Assembly: GCA_950097015.1 (NCBI GenBank)
Contig: CATNEN010000038.1
Location: forward strand, 5,146,001 to 5,210,000
Source of the DNA: Macrostomum hystrix
Taxonomy: Eukaryota; Animalia; Platyhelminthes
DNA: 64,000 bases
Reading direction: 5' to 3'
Below are positions 37,733 to 50,900 of this stretch, one piece after another (position 1 is the stretch's first letter; every line of letters begins with the position of its first letter). The notes beneath the pieces were generated by a model. The model had not been told where the DNA came from. It saw only the letters and a list, made by a program, of their open reading frames with translations, and searched no databases. Both the position numbers and the translations under genes were made by a program.

Positions 37733-40700
37733 GTATTATAACCTCGGATTATAAACTTGTGATAAATAATTTTAGTATTATGAGATTATGCTAAGGAATT
37801 CAGGACGATCTTATGATAGCATTTCAGGAATTTGATTTTGGCATTACAATTAGAAAGGTTAGAAAGTTTTTTTACCATAGACTATGATGAATTTAACTGC
37901 GTTTATGTTTTTTGAGATCCTACTGCCCGGGGACCATAAAATGACTTAATGGCCCTAGAATGCAGACTTTTTTAGCCATAGACAACAGATTCTCGCATAT
38001 TATGGTATTATCACATTTTACAGTGAGATTTTTTATCGGTAATTCTTGTCTATGGTTAAATCGTATCTGTGCAAGGCATTTTTTATCACAAACTAAAAGT
38101 GCAGCTGTCTTACAACACATCTCGTTGAAAATATATTTTCGCTTAAAATCCATTTCGACTACATATTTATCCAGGAATCGAGAGAAGATTGCGTCCTTGG
38201 TACTTTAGTTGTTGTTTTATCCCAGCATACTCACCCATCCTGCAGTTCCTAGCCAAGTGAGTTTGCAGTGAGAGTGTGTGAATGTGTGTCGTTTGAGGAG
38301 TGGGAAAAACTTAGCGACCAGACACGGAGGACGGGATTAGCGAGCCGTAGCCGGGCGTGGCCCCTCCGCTTCGGCTATAAGCTCACTCTCGAGTTAACCC
38401 CCTTCCAACTGAAAGCTTCCAGTTTTAGTAGCCATTAGGCCACGGGTGGCTAAGCGCAGGGTGGGGAACACAAATTGGCGCTGACGGGGCAGGGCGGAAC
38501 TGAGGTGAGGGCGCTCAGTTTTTCACAATATTAGATATCCATTTTCCCCCTCGAGATTCGCTGCATCCTCCGGCTTTCTAGTGGGGATAAAAAACTGATG
38601 TCCCCTCCTGAGCACTTTCAGTTCGCCATGATTGAAATGAGAAAAATCCCATTTGAGTAGCGCTCTAAAGGACAGCAGGGCGAGGATGAAGAGGCTGCGA
38701 GGATCTTGGGGATTGCATATTGAGAATTGTCTCCAAATGGACTGTTATCACCTTGGTTGAACTTCCACAGGTAGGAGCAACGGGTCTCTGCATCTGCTGA
38801 CGAGATGACGATCTGAAACGACACGACAAAATAAACCTTTTCAAATCATGTCATTTCGATGGCCCTGAAAGCCTTGTCTAATATAACGCCGGGTATTATC
38901 AGGTCAAGGGCTTTTAAACAGTCCGATAATTTTAAATTTATCATTTCAAAAGTGCATGCAATAGGCATGCAATATGCATGCAATAGGCATTCGCAAATGA
39001 AAGTTGAGGAACTAAAAGTTGAAAGCGCCTAAGTGTGCATCATAATTGATGACTGCAACAGCGAAAAGAGTATCTGACGCTCAAGGACAGTATTTTGGTT
39101 TGTGGTAGCGAGATGCTCTTTGATGGGACCACACTGAAAGGCATGGCTAAGGCAGGTAGGATATACAATTGACACACAATGGGTCTGCACCTGAGGCAAC
39201 ACTGGCATTGAAGCCAATTATGCGTGAACTGGCCCAAGTGGGCCAGCACGGCACTGTAGGTGTGTAGACTGCGGTTATCGCTCTCATTGGCACTCAGTGA
39301 AAAGTGTGCAGTTTAAAGTAGGCCACGTTATTGAATGAAGCAGCCAGTAAATAAGCGCAGACGTGCCATTGTGGCGCTGGATAAAAAGTTGAAGGGCCTT
39401 TGGGCAGGCAGTGGTGGGCAGTGCGTAGACAAAAGCTGATTGGCATTGTCCACCTAATCAGTCCTGAGTATACGGTCCTGGCCTCGAGCAATAGTCACCC
39501 GTAGGCAACGCTTTGAGAGCTCAAATATGCTTGGATTGCCGTAACTCTCCTGCATGGTGTTCCTTTGTCTTTGAAGTTTGGCTCGCGTGTTCTTCAACTA
39601 TGAATGAAGCCATGCTGTTTGGTTACAACAGGTGAACGAGCTGCGTTATGAAATTCATTTACCAAGGCCACCTAAGAGGCCTTGGTAATGGGAATGGGCA
39701 GAGGTGATGAGTGAATCTACAATTATATAAGCTGAAACATGGACTAAGAGATCTGGCAGGGAGCGCTGAGTGCAGTGTCCCAGAAAGCAGGCAGCTATAC
39801 TTCTGAATCCCTTCCAGCAGCAGCTGTTTCAGATTAGCGGAGTGCAGTTTTTGAGTACACTTAAGCAAAGTTTTTCTATGCTCACATAGGCCCGGTGGCA
39901 CTGATTGATGGTGCCTGTCGGAAGTTATCGTGTAGGTTTGGCTGCGATGCCAAGGAGACGGATAATGCCAGAGCGCTGAGTAGCTCAGATCAAACAGGGA
40001 AAAAGCCGATAGCTGCAGGCAACACGCAGTCATTGAGCTCCCGGCAGAGGAAGCCAGAGTGAAAGGTGCCACTGAGCAATGCGTATGTGAATAGTTGGGC
40101 ATTAAAAAGCAGAAAATTGTTTTCAGCCTGCCAAGCAGATCTGTCAGTGAGATAATAGACGTGTAAAGAGAAGAAAATTTATAAAATGGCGACTGACATG
40201 TGTTCCGTCCGCAGGGTGTCCAGCGCCTTGACATGTCATCATTGACATGATTGGGAGGCCAGTATAGCTTGTCAATGGGGTCACAGAGCAACCAGCGACG
40301 GCCCATTTGAGTTGTTACGCAACCGCTTGAAGCTGATAACAAATGGTCCATTGCTTTTAGTAGCACAAAAATATATTGATTGAGATTTGGAAACACATTT
40401 TAGAGACTTTTTAAAGAAGATTTTACTTACTACTATCTAAAGAAATCAGTATAAAAATGCGAACGTTTGAAAAGAATTGAGCATATGACACACACCACGA
40501 AAAACTAACTTAAAAAATCTATCCACTATTGTTTCAGGTCTCCAAATCGTTGCGTAATTTAGATAATCCTAAATCTCTGCGGTATTGACTCCCAATAATC
40601 ATGAGATCAAATTATAAAATGTGTATGCAGAAAAATCTCCAACCGTGATTTCAGTTTTTCAATAAAGCCCTGGTACGCAGCCAAATGCTTTTGGCGAGGG

Positions 40701-41264
40701 ATAAACTGATCACGATTGATAAGCGGGGAATCGACGGCACAGCTGAGGTGGAAATGCGACCTGCCGTTTTGAGGCATTCCTTGGCTTCTCTGCCCCGCTG
40801 CCTCGCTTGGCTACAAAAGACTAACAGAAAAAATGAGACAGAAAGGAACACGGGATCATAAAGGGGAAGACGACACCGCCCCAGTGTGTGTTGCGTGCTG
40901 AGCTTTGAGTCCATTGTGTTACGTAATCGATTAACAATGAAACCGCTTTCGCGACCGGATCCGTGCCGCAAGCAATTCGCTGTGTGGGCTGGGCGATGTG
41001 AAAAAAAAGCAATTTTCCTGAAGACTCTTGTAGCGGCTCACACTGCAAATGAAAGTATTGCCGACATCTGAATAATACCCGATTTTGTCAAAACATGCCA
41101 GAAGTTAGACAAATCGCCATTGCGTCGACAAGCCATTCCAAGCAGTCATTAATTTTCTTGATTTGCTTCTGCGATTTCAAGGTGTTCTCTTAGACATTTA
41201 CAAGTGAAGGAAATTATGCCCCACCCCTTTAGAAGTTCTATAACCCAAACAAGTCTTAGCGAAA

Positions 41265-42230
41265 TTCCATCCATCCATTCATCCAACCACCCATCCATCC
41301 GTCCACCTATCCATCCATCCATCCTTCCATCCATCCATCAATCCATCAATCCATCCATCCATCAATCCATCCATCCATCAATCCATCCATCAATCCATCA
41401 ATCCATCCATCCATCCATCAATCCATCCATCCATCCATCCATCAATCTATACATCAATCCATCAATCCATCCATCCATTCATCCATCCATCCATCCATCC
41501 ATCCATCAATCCATCCATCCATCAATCCATCCATCAATCCATCCATCCATCCATCCATCAATCCATCCATCCATCAATCCATCCATCAATCCATCAATCC
41601 ATCCATCCATCCATCAATCGATCCATCCATCCATCCATCAATCTATACATTAATCCATCAATCCATCCATCCATCAATCCATCAATCCATCCATCCATCC
41701 ATAAATCCATCCATCAATCGATCCTTCAATCCATCCATCAATCCATCAATCCATCCATCAATCCATCCATCCATCAATCCATCCATCAATCCATCCATCC
41801 ATCCATTAATCCATCTATCCATCCATCAATCAATCCATCCATCCATCCATAAATCCGTCAATCCATCCATCCATCCATCAATCCATCCATCCATCAATCC
41901 ATCCATCCATCAATCCATCAATCCATCCATCAATCCATCCATCCATCCATCCATCAATCAATCCATCAATCCATCTATCAATCCATCAATCCATTCATCC
42001 ATCAATCCATCCATCAATCCATCAATCCATCCATCAATCCATCCATCCATCCATCCATCAATCAATCCATCAATCCATCTATCAATCCATCAATCCATTC
42101 ATCCATCAATCCATCCATCAATCCATCCATCAATCCATCCATCCACCAATCTATGTATCAATATATCAATCCATCCATCAATTCATCCATCCACAAATCC
42201 ATCTATTCATCCAATTGTCCACTTACCTAT
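41265..42230. repeat. Compound (ATCC)n/(ATCA)n microsatellite, about 1 kb
   Basis: Direct observation. Confidence 0.96.
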
Positions 42231-42949
42231 TAATTAGTCCATCAATACCATCTTATAAGCACTATAAAAGCATTATGAAAAATGTGAGCAAAATCACCTG
42301 GAAGTCACATCGCAGTCTCCCCAATGGACCTTGTCAATCGGCATGAGCAAATATCTTACAGCTTTCCTGCAAGCAAGTATGCAAGGCAGGCAGTAAGACA
42401 TCAGACAACCAGGGTCCAGAATTTGCACTGGCAAAGTGTTGTTGAAAGTATAAGATACACAGATTTCCTCTCCTTACTGGCAAAATATCTGCAAACACTA
42501 TCCGCAGCCAACTATAACAAACTGTTTGGACATGCCCTCTAGCCATGGGGACAAGGACTTGGGCATGGCAGCCACCCACCCAACCTGCCCCTAAAACTGA
42601 AATTGAAAAAACTTGCGCACCTACAAGAATCTATGTTTCCACACCGGATTTTTTACTTCGCTTTTCCAGATAAGGATGAAATCTCGCATCTCGCAAAATC
42701 CTCAATTGTTTTCGCCACTGATGTATGGGTTCCAACCTGTCTGTCAACTCTGCACAGCTAGTTTCTTCAGCGCATTCCCTCACCGACCCACTTGACAGAC
42801 ACATGTCGCTTAGATCTTTCTGCCGATTCTAGATTCTAGACTTTGTAATTATTGCGATCTGTGGTGATCTCATAGGCATCAACATTTTTCTAAAAAACTT
42901 TTGTAAATCCATATCACTTCTGCATAAATAGTAATAGTATAATAACAAT

Positions 42950-43213
42950 GATAATAATAATAATTGCAGAAGAGCAGCGGTCAGAGGCACATAATTTCGT
43001 GGCGCTAGACCCGCAGCTAGCAATTCTGCCCATTTCGCTGACTCCAGAGTTCACGCGCACGCAGATACCGTACGCAGGCACACGCTCACACAGGTGTGTA
43101 CATCTGTCCTGATTCTCTCTCTCATCATCAGGCAGTGTACAATGTGGCTTCGCCGCGGAATCGAGCTCAGGGACCTTGGTGCGAGAGGCTAACGCATTAA
43201 CCGCACTGCCACC
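42950..43213 (-). mobile_element. SINE family B, diverged copy with deletions
   Basis: Tail, internal hairpin and tRNA-like head recognisable. Confidence 0.78.
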
Positions 43214-44162
43214 GATTCCATGACTTCTACTTTAAATTGGACATAATTTTAAAATGATGTTGAAAAAATAATATATTGTAGTGCACTTCATTCTTTAACT
43301 TTATCATCAATATAACCTAAGCATGAACACTAGAAGTGGTTTTCATCTTTTTTATTTGCAAACAAGCAATATTGTCTAGCAATAGTTTATTCTCTTTTTA
43401 CTCCCGCTTTTCGAGTGTGTCGTCATGGTTTCTGCTTTCGGGGCAAATAGAGTCCAGAATCTGTGCCCAGAAACATGTGAAACTGCGTGATCCATAAAAA
43501 ATGCATGGAGTGCTGCAGCTTAGCGCTGGTCCTAGCTAAACCACAGCAGTCAGACAGCAGACAGCTGCTGCTGCTGCAACAGTCATCATAAATTTCAATT
43601 TTTTATCAGCACTGTTAACTTGCAATACTGCCGTTTCCGATAACGCTGTGAGCAGAAAGTTTTTTGCGCAGTCAAGCTTTACTGTTTCTGCTGTTGTTGA
43701 GTCTTTTTCACCGGTTGCAAATTTTACTAAATTATAGATCTCCATTTTCATTTAGCAGTATTTTCGAAAAATAATCTCATATCGGAAAAACACATCAGAT
43801 GTCCAATAATATGAACCCATGCAGCCGAGTATCGTTTAATAGACTATTTGCTTAGTAGGTCACTACTAAACAACACGTGTGCATTAAGTCCATAGGTCGA
43901 TATTTATTGCGCATTTTATAAGCGTCAGCGGCCACAATTCAGTTCAAGAGTTACACTTCATCTGGTTTTAATCTTTCGCTAAAAGACTGCGCTAGGGAAA
44001 AAACATAAACTGTGTGGAACATAAACTGACGTGCTCCTGAAAATTGGGCCATTGTGAAAACTTGCATTAGTGGCTGAATTAGGTGCCGAGTTTAGTTTTG
44101 CACAGAGATTTGTTTTCAGTTCACTCTTGCGAAGAGAACGCCCATGTTTGCGAAGTCTTGTA

Positions 44163-44632
44163 AGCTCACACTTATGAGGTCCTGTACGCTCGTACATATG
44201 AGGTTATGTACGCTGATACTTATTAGGTCCAGTACGCTCGTACTTATGAGGTCCTGTACACTCACACTTATGAGGTCCTGTACGCTCGTTCTTATGAGGT
44301 TAGGTACGCTCGTACTTATTAGGTCCAGTACGCTCGTACTTATGAGGTCCTGTACACTCACACTTATGAGGTCCTGTACGCTCGTACATATGAGGTTATG
44401 TACGCTCGTACTTATTAGGTCCAGTACGCTCGTACTTATTAGGTCCAGTACGCTCGTTCTTATGAGGTTAGGTACGCTCGTACTTATTAGGTCCAGTACG
44501 CTCGTTCTTATGAGGTTAGGTACGCTCGTACTTATTAGGTCCAGTACGCTCGTACTTATTAGGTCCAGTACGCTCGTTCTTATGAGATTAGGTACGCTCG
44601 TACTTATTTAGGTCCTCTTCGCTCGTACTTTT
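44163..44632. repeat. 24-bp minisatellite (CTTATKAGGTCCWGTACGCTCGTA)n, about 19 diverged units
   Basis: Tandem repeat with variant units. Confidence 0.92.
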
Positions 44633-46971
44633 TAGACTCTTAAAATGAAATTGTTTTGTTTAGGCTCATAAATTTATTTTTGAAGCCGTGTATTTGTGTG
44701 AGATCTTGTAATTATAAGGCCTTGCTCTTGAGAAGTGTTTAGAATTTAAAGTGTATTGTTTGACTCTGACGACATTTTCTTAAATGTTTTCAAATCTGAT
44801 CATGTACTCGTATAAGAGTATACGGAAAGGCTCCTGGCTTAGATTTAATGCGATTTATGTTCGATGAAGTACGCAAGTTTTTTTAAGCGAGAAAGTAGAA
44901 CTCGATAAAATTCCGTCTGTTATATGACTACAATGGTATGAATTTTTGTTAAACTAAAAAATGTGATAAAATTCGTCAATCTGGGGCTTAAAAATCTCTC
45001 CAAACACAAGTTTATCGCCTTACTAGCACGGGAAACGACGCTATTTGATAAGGCAACAGCTTGTTCAGGAATTTTACAGTTTATTTAACGGCTTACAATC
45101 GCCTGGACTATTTCAGCATTCGTGCTAGCTCCAACCCCAATTTGAAGCTTCTCTATACCTCCCGGCCGTCCCCATGTTATCCGGGTCCTTCTCCCAATCC
45201 AGTTTTCCCCTCGAGTGAGCTTCTCTATGCTTTCTAACGGCGCCAGGGCGATGTTGGGATTCAGTGCATGGCTGCATATTGGGGGAGGTAGTTGCCGAGG
45301 GCAGCAGCTGCCAATTGTTGGAGCCTCGAGAGGGCGGCGTCATATAAGTCTGCGATTCGGTTTCTGTTTGTTGCCTGAGGCACACCTTCCCACTTCACAT
45401 GCACGCTCACACACACTTACGCATATTTTTCCTATACTACCTTGAAGGCTGACGCCGCTAAAAATCAGAAATGGAATTCGCGTCAACCCCACCGACAGGG
45501 GGAAGCCCGCATTAATAACGGGTCACCGAACCGGCCCACCACACACCGCCCTCTCGCCTTCAGGCACTCGCGTCAGCCAATCTGGCTAAATCCAAGCAGA
45601 CTTTCAAGACTATCTGTCCGACTGAATACCGTCTAACATCTGGTGATAAGATATAGCAGCGGTCAAAGCTTTTATCACCTTTGCGAACAAAATCATTATG
45701 GAATGGCATAGGAATACTAAAATGAAAATATCTTGTCGAAACGGAGGCAATCATTACTAAATTACAAGGACGCAAGACTCTCATTTATTCTTGATAAACA
45801 ATTTACTTGAATACTGAATTTAAGGAAACGTACATTGCAAGGATACAGTGTCACTTATTGGTAGTTTTTTATAATCAAATTCATCCATTTTGAGCCATTT
45901 TTGACAACGGTATCAGATGTATCGATTAACAATAGAAAGACACATGCGAGCCTATTTTAGGAGATACAGAAAATGTGAGTATTTGAAATGCCCTCATGGT
46001 CGCTCCACTGTTTAAGACTGTCAGTTGGCTTAAAAGAAAATTTTAGCGCAAAGGCAGATCAATGACTTATTATTTGTTGTTAAGTAGTCTCCTAAATGAT
46101 GTAAGAAAATGTACGGATGAGCAAGGATTCAAATGAGTCCTAAATGCAGCATCTTTAGATAATTGCCAGTTTGAAGATATCCGAAACTTACTGATATGAT
46201 AATTGCTGATATTACCATGTATCAAATTTATCTTTTAAAGAAATGAAACATAACTTCGTGTACTCAAGAGTCTAAAAAATATGGTTAGTATACAATACCC
46301 CATCCCCATTCTCTCAGGATCAGGAGTATTTCTTTGCTTTTACTTGATCTAACTGCTCTAGAATGAGCTTTCCATCGGCCCAGAAACCCTTTCGCTCCAT
46401 CATGAATCCCTGCTCAGCACCACCCTTTAAGCATCGGCAGAGAGCAGTGCTGTCGCTTCTATACAGCTGCGGGCAATAATTTCCGCGATCAACATCCGAC
46501 AAAAATCCCCCAAAAGATTATGAGCACGACTAAGTCGCATTATTCCGCTGAGTCCGAGCCGGGCTTGGCGTCAGAGCTCAGAGGCTTGTATGCGGACGGC
46601 CTTCTTCTGGTCAATTTGATTCAAAGCTTGCTTGGTCAGAAATGAGCTTTCTGGGGCCCTTTGATGGTTGCGTAATAGCGATCCAGGGAGGATATGAATT
46701 GCACGAAGCTCTGCAAGATCCCGCGGCAAGTTCGTGGCGTCGCGAGCTTTAATCCGAGCACCAGAGATTTTCGGACAAGACCTAGCCGGGCTAATTCGTG
46801 CGAAAAATTTCATTTTTTGCGGTCAAGCTTTTCGGGATCACTCTCACGTTCAACGCATGGCGGCGTGCCGGAATTGCTAGCTGGGTTTTAGGTGCTGTCT
46901 GGAGTCCATGCGCAATTCAAAACTGTTTAAGTAAAATAAATGCGCTTGTACGAGATAATAATAATTAATAA

Positions 46972-47250
46972 TAATTGATTACGCCTGCCCCAATTGGGTC
47001 AGATGTGCAGCCGACAGCACAGCCGCAGCAAATACGCATCTGAAGGTTGCGTACAGCTGTTTAGTCCATGGACTGGGGGGACGCCACACCCACCTTCAAT
47101 TATCCCAGCTGATGCTGGTACTAATTTAACAGCTGGGTGAACTGAAGCAATGCAGAGTTAAGTGTCTTGCTAAAGGACACTAATTGTTCCAGTGGAGTCG
47201 GGAATCGAACCCCCGACCTTTAAGTCCTGAGTCCACTAGTCTACAACCTC
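46972..47250 (-). mobile_element. SINE family A, near full length
   Basis: Reverse-complement match across the head, CORE-like segment and tail of the 3388 copy. Confidence 0.85.
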
Positions 47251-47979
47251 CCAAGGCTACAACCTCTCCTATGCTTGTACGAGAGCATATATAAGTAAAA
47301 AAAGTTAGTTTGATTTATATCTTCTACTTTGAATAAAAAACTTGAATAATTAAAAACCGTACAGTACAATAAATTTTCAGTATTTTGGTTTCTAGAGTCA
47401 ATGTTGTCACACAATGTTGTCAATTAACTGCAGCAGCAGCATTTCATTCTGAATTTTCTCTTTAGTTCTTCTGTATTCTCTTTGCTCTTTAGTAGTGTCG
47501 TAGGTTTATTAGTAGTATCTTGAGGTTTTGAAGTCAGTTTATTTCTGCAGCAGTCACTACAGTTTCGGTTATTTATTTTTTAAGAATCAAAAAGCAAACA
47601 AAATAACTTAAAATAAAAATATTTGATTAAAATTAATTAGTGTGCAGGTTAATAGCGTTCTAAACAAAATTAAAAAAATATCATTGAACCGTCGTTAGAA
47701 GTGCAAATGACTTTTTTCAGATCATTTTCATGACCTTAAAGAATTATAGTTGCTAATTAAAAATTACGCGTAAAAAATATTTTTGCTTAAAATTAATTAG
47801 TGTATCTTCAAACTATGAGCTATTTAAAATAGTCATTGTTTAGTCATTAATTTGATTATTGTGTGCTTTCTATGGTGCTTCAGTGCCGTTCTGAGAGAAA
47901 AAAGAAAATTTTTTTGCGAGAAGCCTTCTCTTTTAGTTAAAATTTTCTTTTGTTCAATTTATATGCCGACGTAGAGGAC

Positions 47980-50900
47980 TCAAACGGTCTCTCGCCGGTA
48001 GAGCACGCTGTCAAGCCATCCGACCAAAGCCTCAGCGCAATCCTCGGCTGTGGCGTCGAACCAGTTCTGCGGGACAATGTCGCCTCCGTCATCCAGTCGA
48101 TGATTTGCTAGCGCCTGGTAGCGCGCTTTCAATCTGTCATCCACCTGCAACGTCAATGCAAAGAGGCGAAGGTAGTGCAGCCTCATCACTATTGTTGAGA
48201 ATTTATATACCAGTATTTAAGCCATATGATTATTCGTCTCACCTGTCCGACGAGAATCACAAGCAGACGACGTTTGAATGTGTTGGCAGCGAGAAAGGAC
48301 TGGAACTCCACCTGTAGAGCTGCCTCATCCTTGAGCCAATTGAGCAGGTCATTGCTGAGCAGCAGCACAAACTGCCGAGTTCTCTTCATAAGAGAGCCAT
48401 TGAACCTGTCGGCTGTTGTGGCCGTGTCAAAGTTTTTGGGCCAGCTGGCAACCAGAGCCGCATCGTTGGTACCCAGTCGGAGACCAGAAAGTCGCCCAAC
48501 AATGTTCTCAATAATGGTGCTCGTTGTGCTGGACAGCTCAGCACAAGAACCAAGGACAGAGATAATGAAGACCTCACACACACCATCCGAGTGGAATGGA
48601 GGCCAGTCTTGGTTGCTGGGTTTCAAGGGGCTTCCTGAAATGCCCGAGTTCTCATAATATGGTAAAGTATAGAACACAATACGCAACCAACCCATTTAGA
48701 CCAACTATTGCACGGCTTGTTCAAAAACCATTCAGTTCAAGTTGAAATAATGGAATTGGTGCTTAATTGTCGCACTTACGAATGAATAGTTTTCATTTCA
48801 TAATCAAACTTCAGAAATCTTGGTTTCTTCAGAAATATTAGGCTTTCTACACAAAAATTTGTTTAAATTTAGCATGTTACGGTTTATTGGTTCATTTAAA
48901 AACCCCCCAGTTAATTTGGTTGCTAAAGCGACTTACTCAAGACCTCGCTATGTCGTTCAACGTCAATGATGAGGGGTGCTTGCTCGTCTCTAGACATGTC
49001 AGCCAATTCCGCAGGCGGCTCCGAAGCGAAATACTCAAAATTGCGCTCTTCCGGGACATGCTGAGCGATACTAGCGGAAGCAACCATGGCGTCTTTGCTT
49101 CGTATCCGCTCAATCAGCCGATACTCCCAGTCCACAGAGTTGTACACGATATCGCTGCCTGAGAGGATTCTTTGAAGAGTTTTGAAGCCCTGTACGTCTT
49201 CGGGTCCGAGGTGTCTCTGTCTGTGTAGCGAGACTCTGCGAGAGCTCAGACGCAGAAATACTATGTCTCTGAAAGGATTCCGACCTACATTGTCGAGCTC
49301 TCGAATCACCTGTAACAAGGCGAGGTACTGAGTGTCTAGGAATCTCTCTGACAGTGCCACCACCACCTTACTGCTGAACTTGGCTCCTTCAGCTGGACAG
49401 TCGAAGTAGGTGAGTGGCGATGAGCACAAATCCGAGTACAAGAAGCTCTCCGGAACGCACAGCTCGAGCTCGTCGCCTCCGGAAGCACCGCGCACGCAGT
49501 TTAGCACATCAACCAGGCAGTCCTGGTCTCTGTCGGCTGCCCACAGCATCGCATCGTAGGGAAGCGATTCGCGCAACATCTGCCGTTGCTGCCGTCGGTC
49601 GCGCTGGTACTTCAGGAGAACAAGAACTCGGACTACGGCGAGCAGTCTGTGGCGACGCCTTATGGCAAAACTCACGAGACAGAGCAGTGCAAGAAAGAGG
49701 GCTGCAGTTAGAACGCTCAGAGCGATCAGCTTCCGCTGTTCCACCGTCGTATTTTCCATGAGAGCGCACAATTTGATCAATCTGCCTTCATCGTCTACAG
49801 GATAGCCGCCGCCGCTTGAAGCGCTTAAGTACTTGCAGCTTTCTCTCCACCGGGCATTTTCCTTGTTTTCCTTGCAAGCGTCTATAATGGCTTGGTCGAC
49901 AGTGCACTCCATTTGCTGATAATCGGACACGATCTGACTTGTTTGGGAAATATACAGCAGAGTACTGTGTAATTTCATCCACATAGAATTGCAGGAACAT
50001 TGCCATGAATTGTCTCGTAGTGTGACTTCCATGAGACTTGGCAGGCAGTTGTTTTTTAGAATTTCAGAGTCAAGTTGCCGCATGTTGTTGCCGTGCAGTG
50101 CCAGGGTTTTTAGGGAATCAGCGAAAAAGCAAATCGAGTCCATGAGTAGACTCTGAATATTATTGTCGTTTAAAAATATGACTTTTAAAGCATGACTAAA
50201 ACGAAACGCGTATTTTTCTACCGAGAACACCTGACTGTTGTTTAAATACAGGAACTGCAACTCCGATGACATCTTTGGCTGACTCCATTTAAAAGTGCCA
50301 CTAGAAATTCGACGCAGGTTGTCTTGACTGGTGACGTTCGACATGTCGATTTTCTTTACTGGATAGTCGATAACGATTTGCGCAACTTCAAGAGGACGAT
50401 TTTGGCACTGAAGGTTCGAGAATCCCCACTCTTCGCTGTGGTAGCAGGAGCAGCCCCTCAGACAGGCCACCAAGCAGTTGGACGGAGACTTGTGAGTTCC
50501 GTTCTCAAATATGCAGTATTTGCTAGGCAGGCTCTGCCTCCAGCCGCGCTCAAAGTTGCACAGAAACTGGCTTGATTTCGCTTCTCGCAGCGTCTGGCTC
50601 ACTTTGCCCTGAGTCGGGTCAAATATGTAGCAGTGTGTTTCATTTAACTCGTTCTCTGGGATTCTGGGATAATTGTAAGCCGCATGATCCCTCCAGACTG
50701 TGCTCTCCTCTAGAAATATCTTGGAGAATACACTAATGCAATCACAGATGAGTTGTCTAGCCTGGCCTGTTACGTGCAGGACAACTCTTGAGCCGAGAGT
50801 TGCTCTTTGTGGCATGCGCATGCTGTCATAGTGGATGTGCTGCAGGTCATTGTTTGATAAGTCGACTGATTCCAGATGATGGGTGGCGTTAAATGAATCT

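Noticed and set aside
48189-48695. Independent 168-aa gene starting at MGWLRIV
   Set aside because: A phase-matched splice from the TLR explains it better, although a separate TIR-only gene is not excluded
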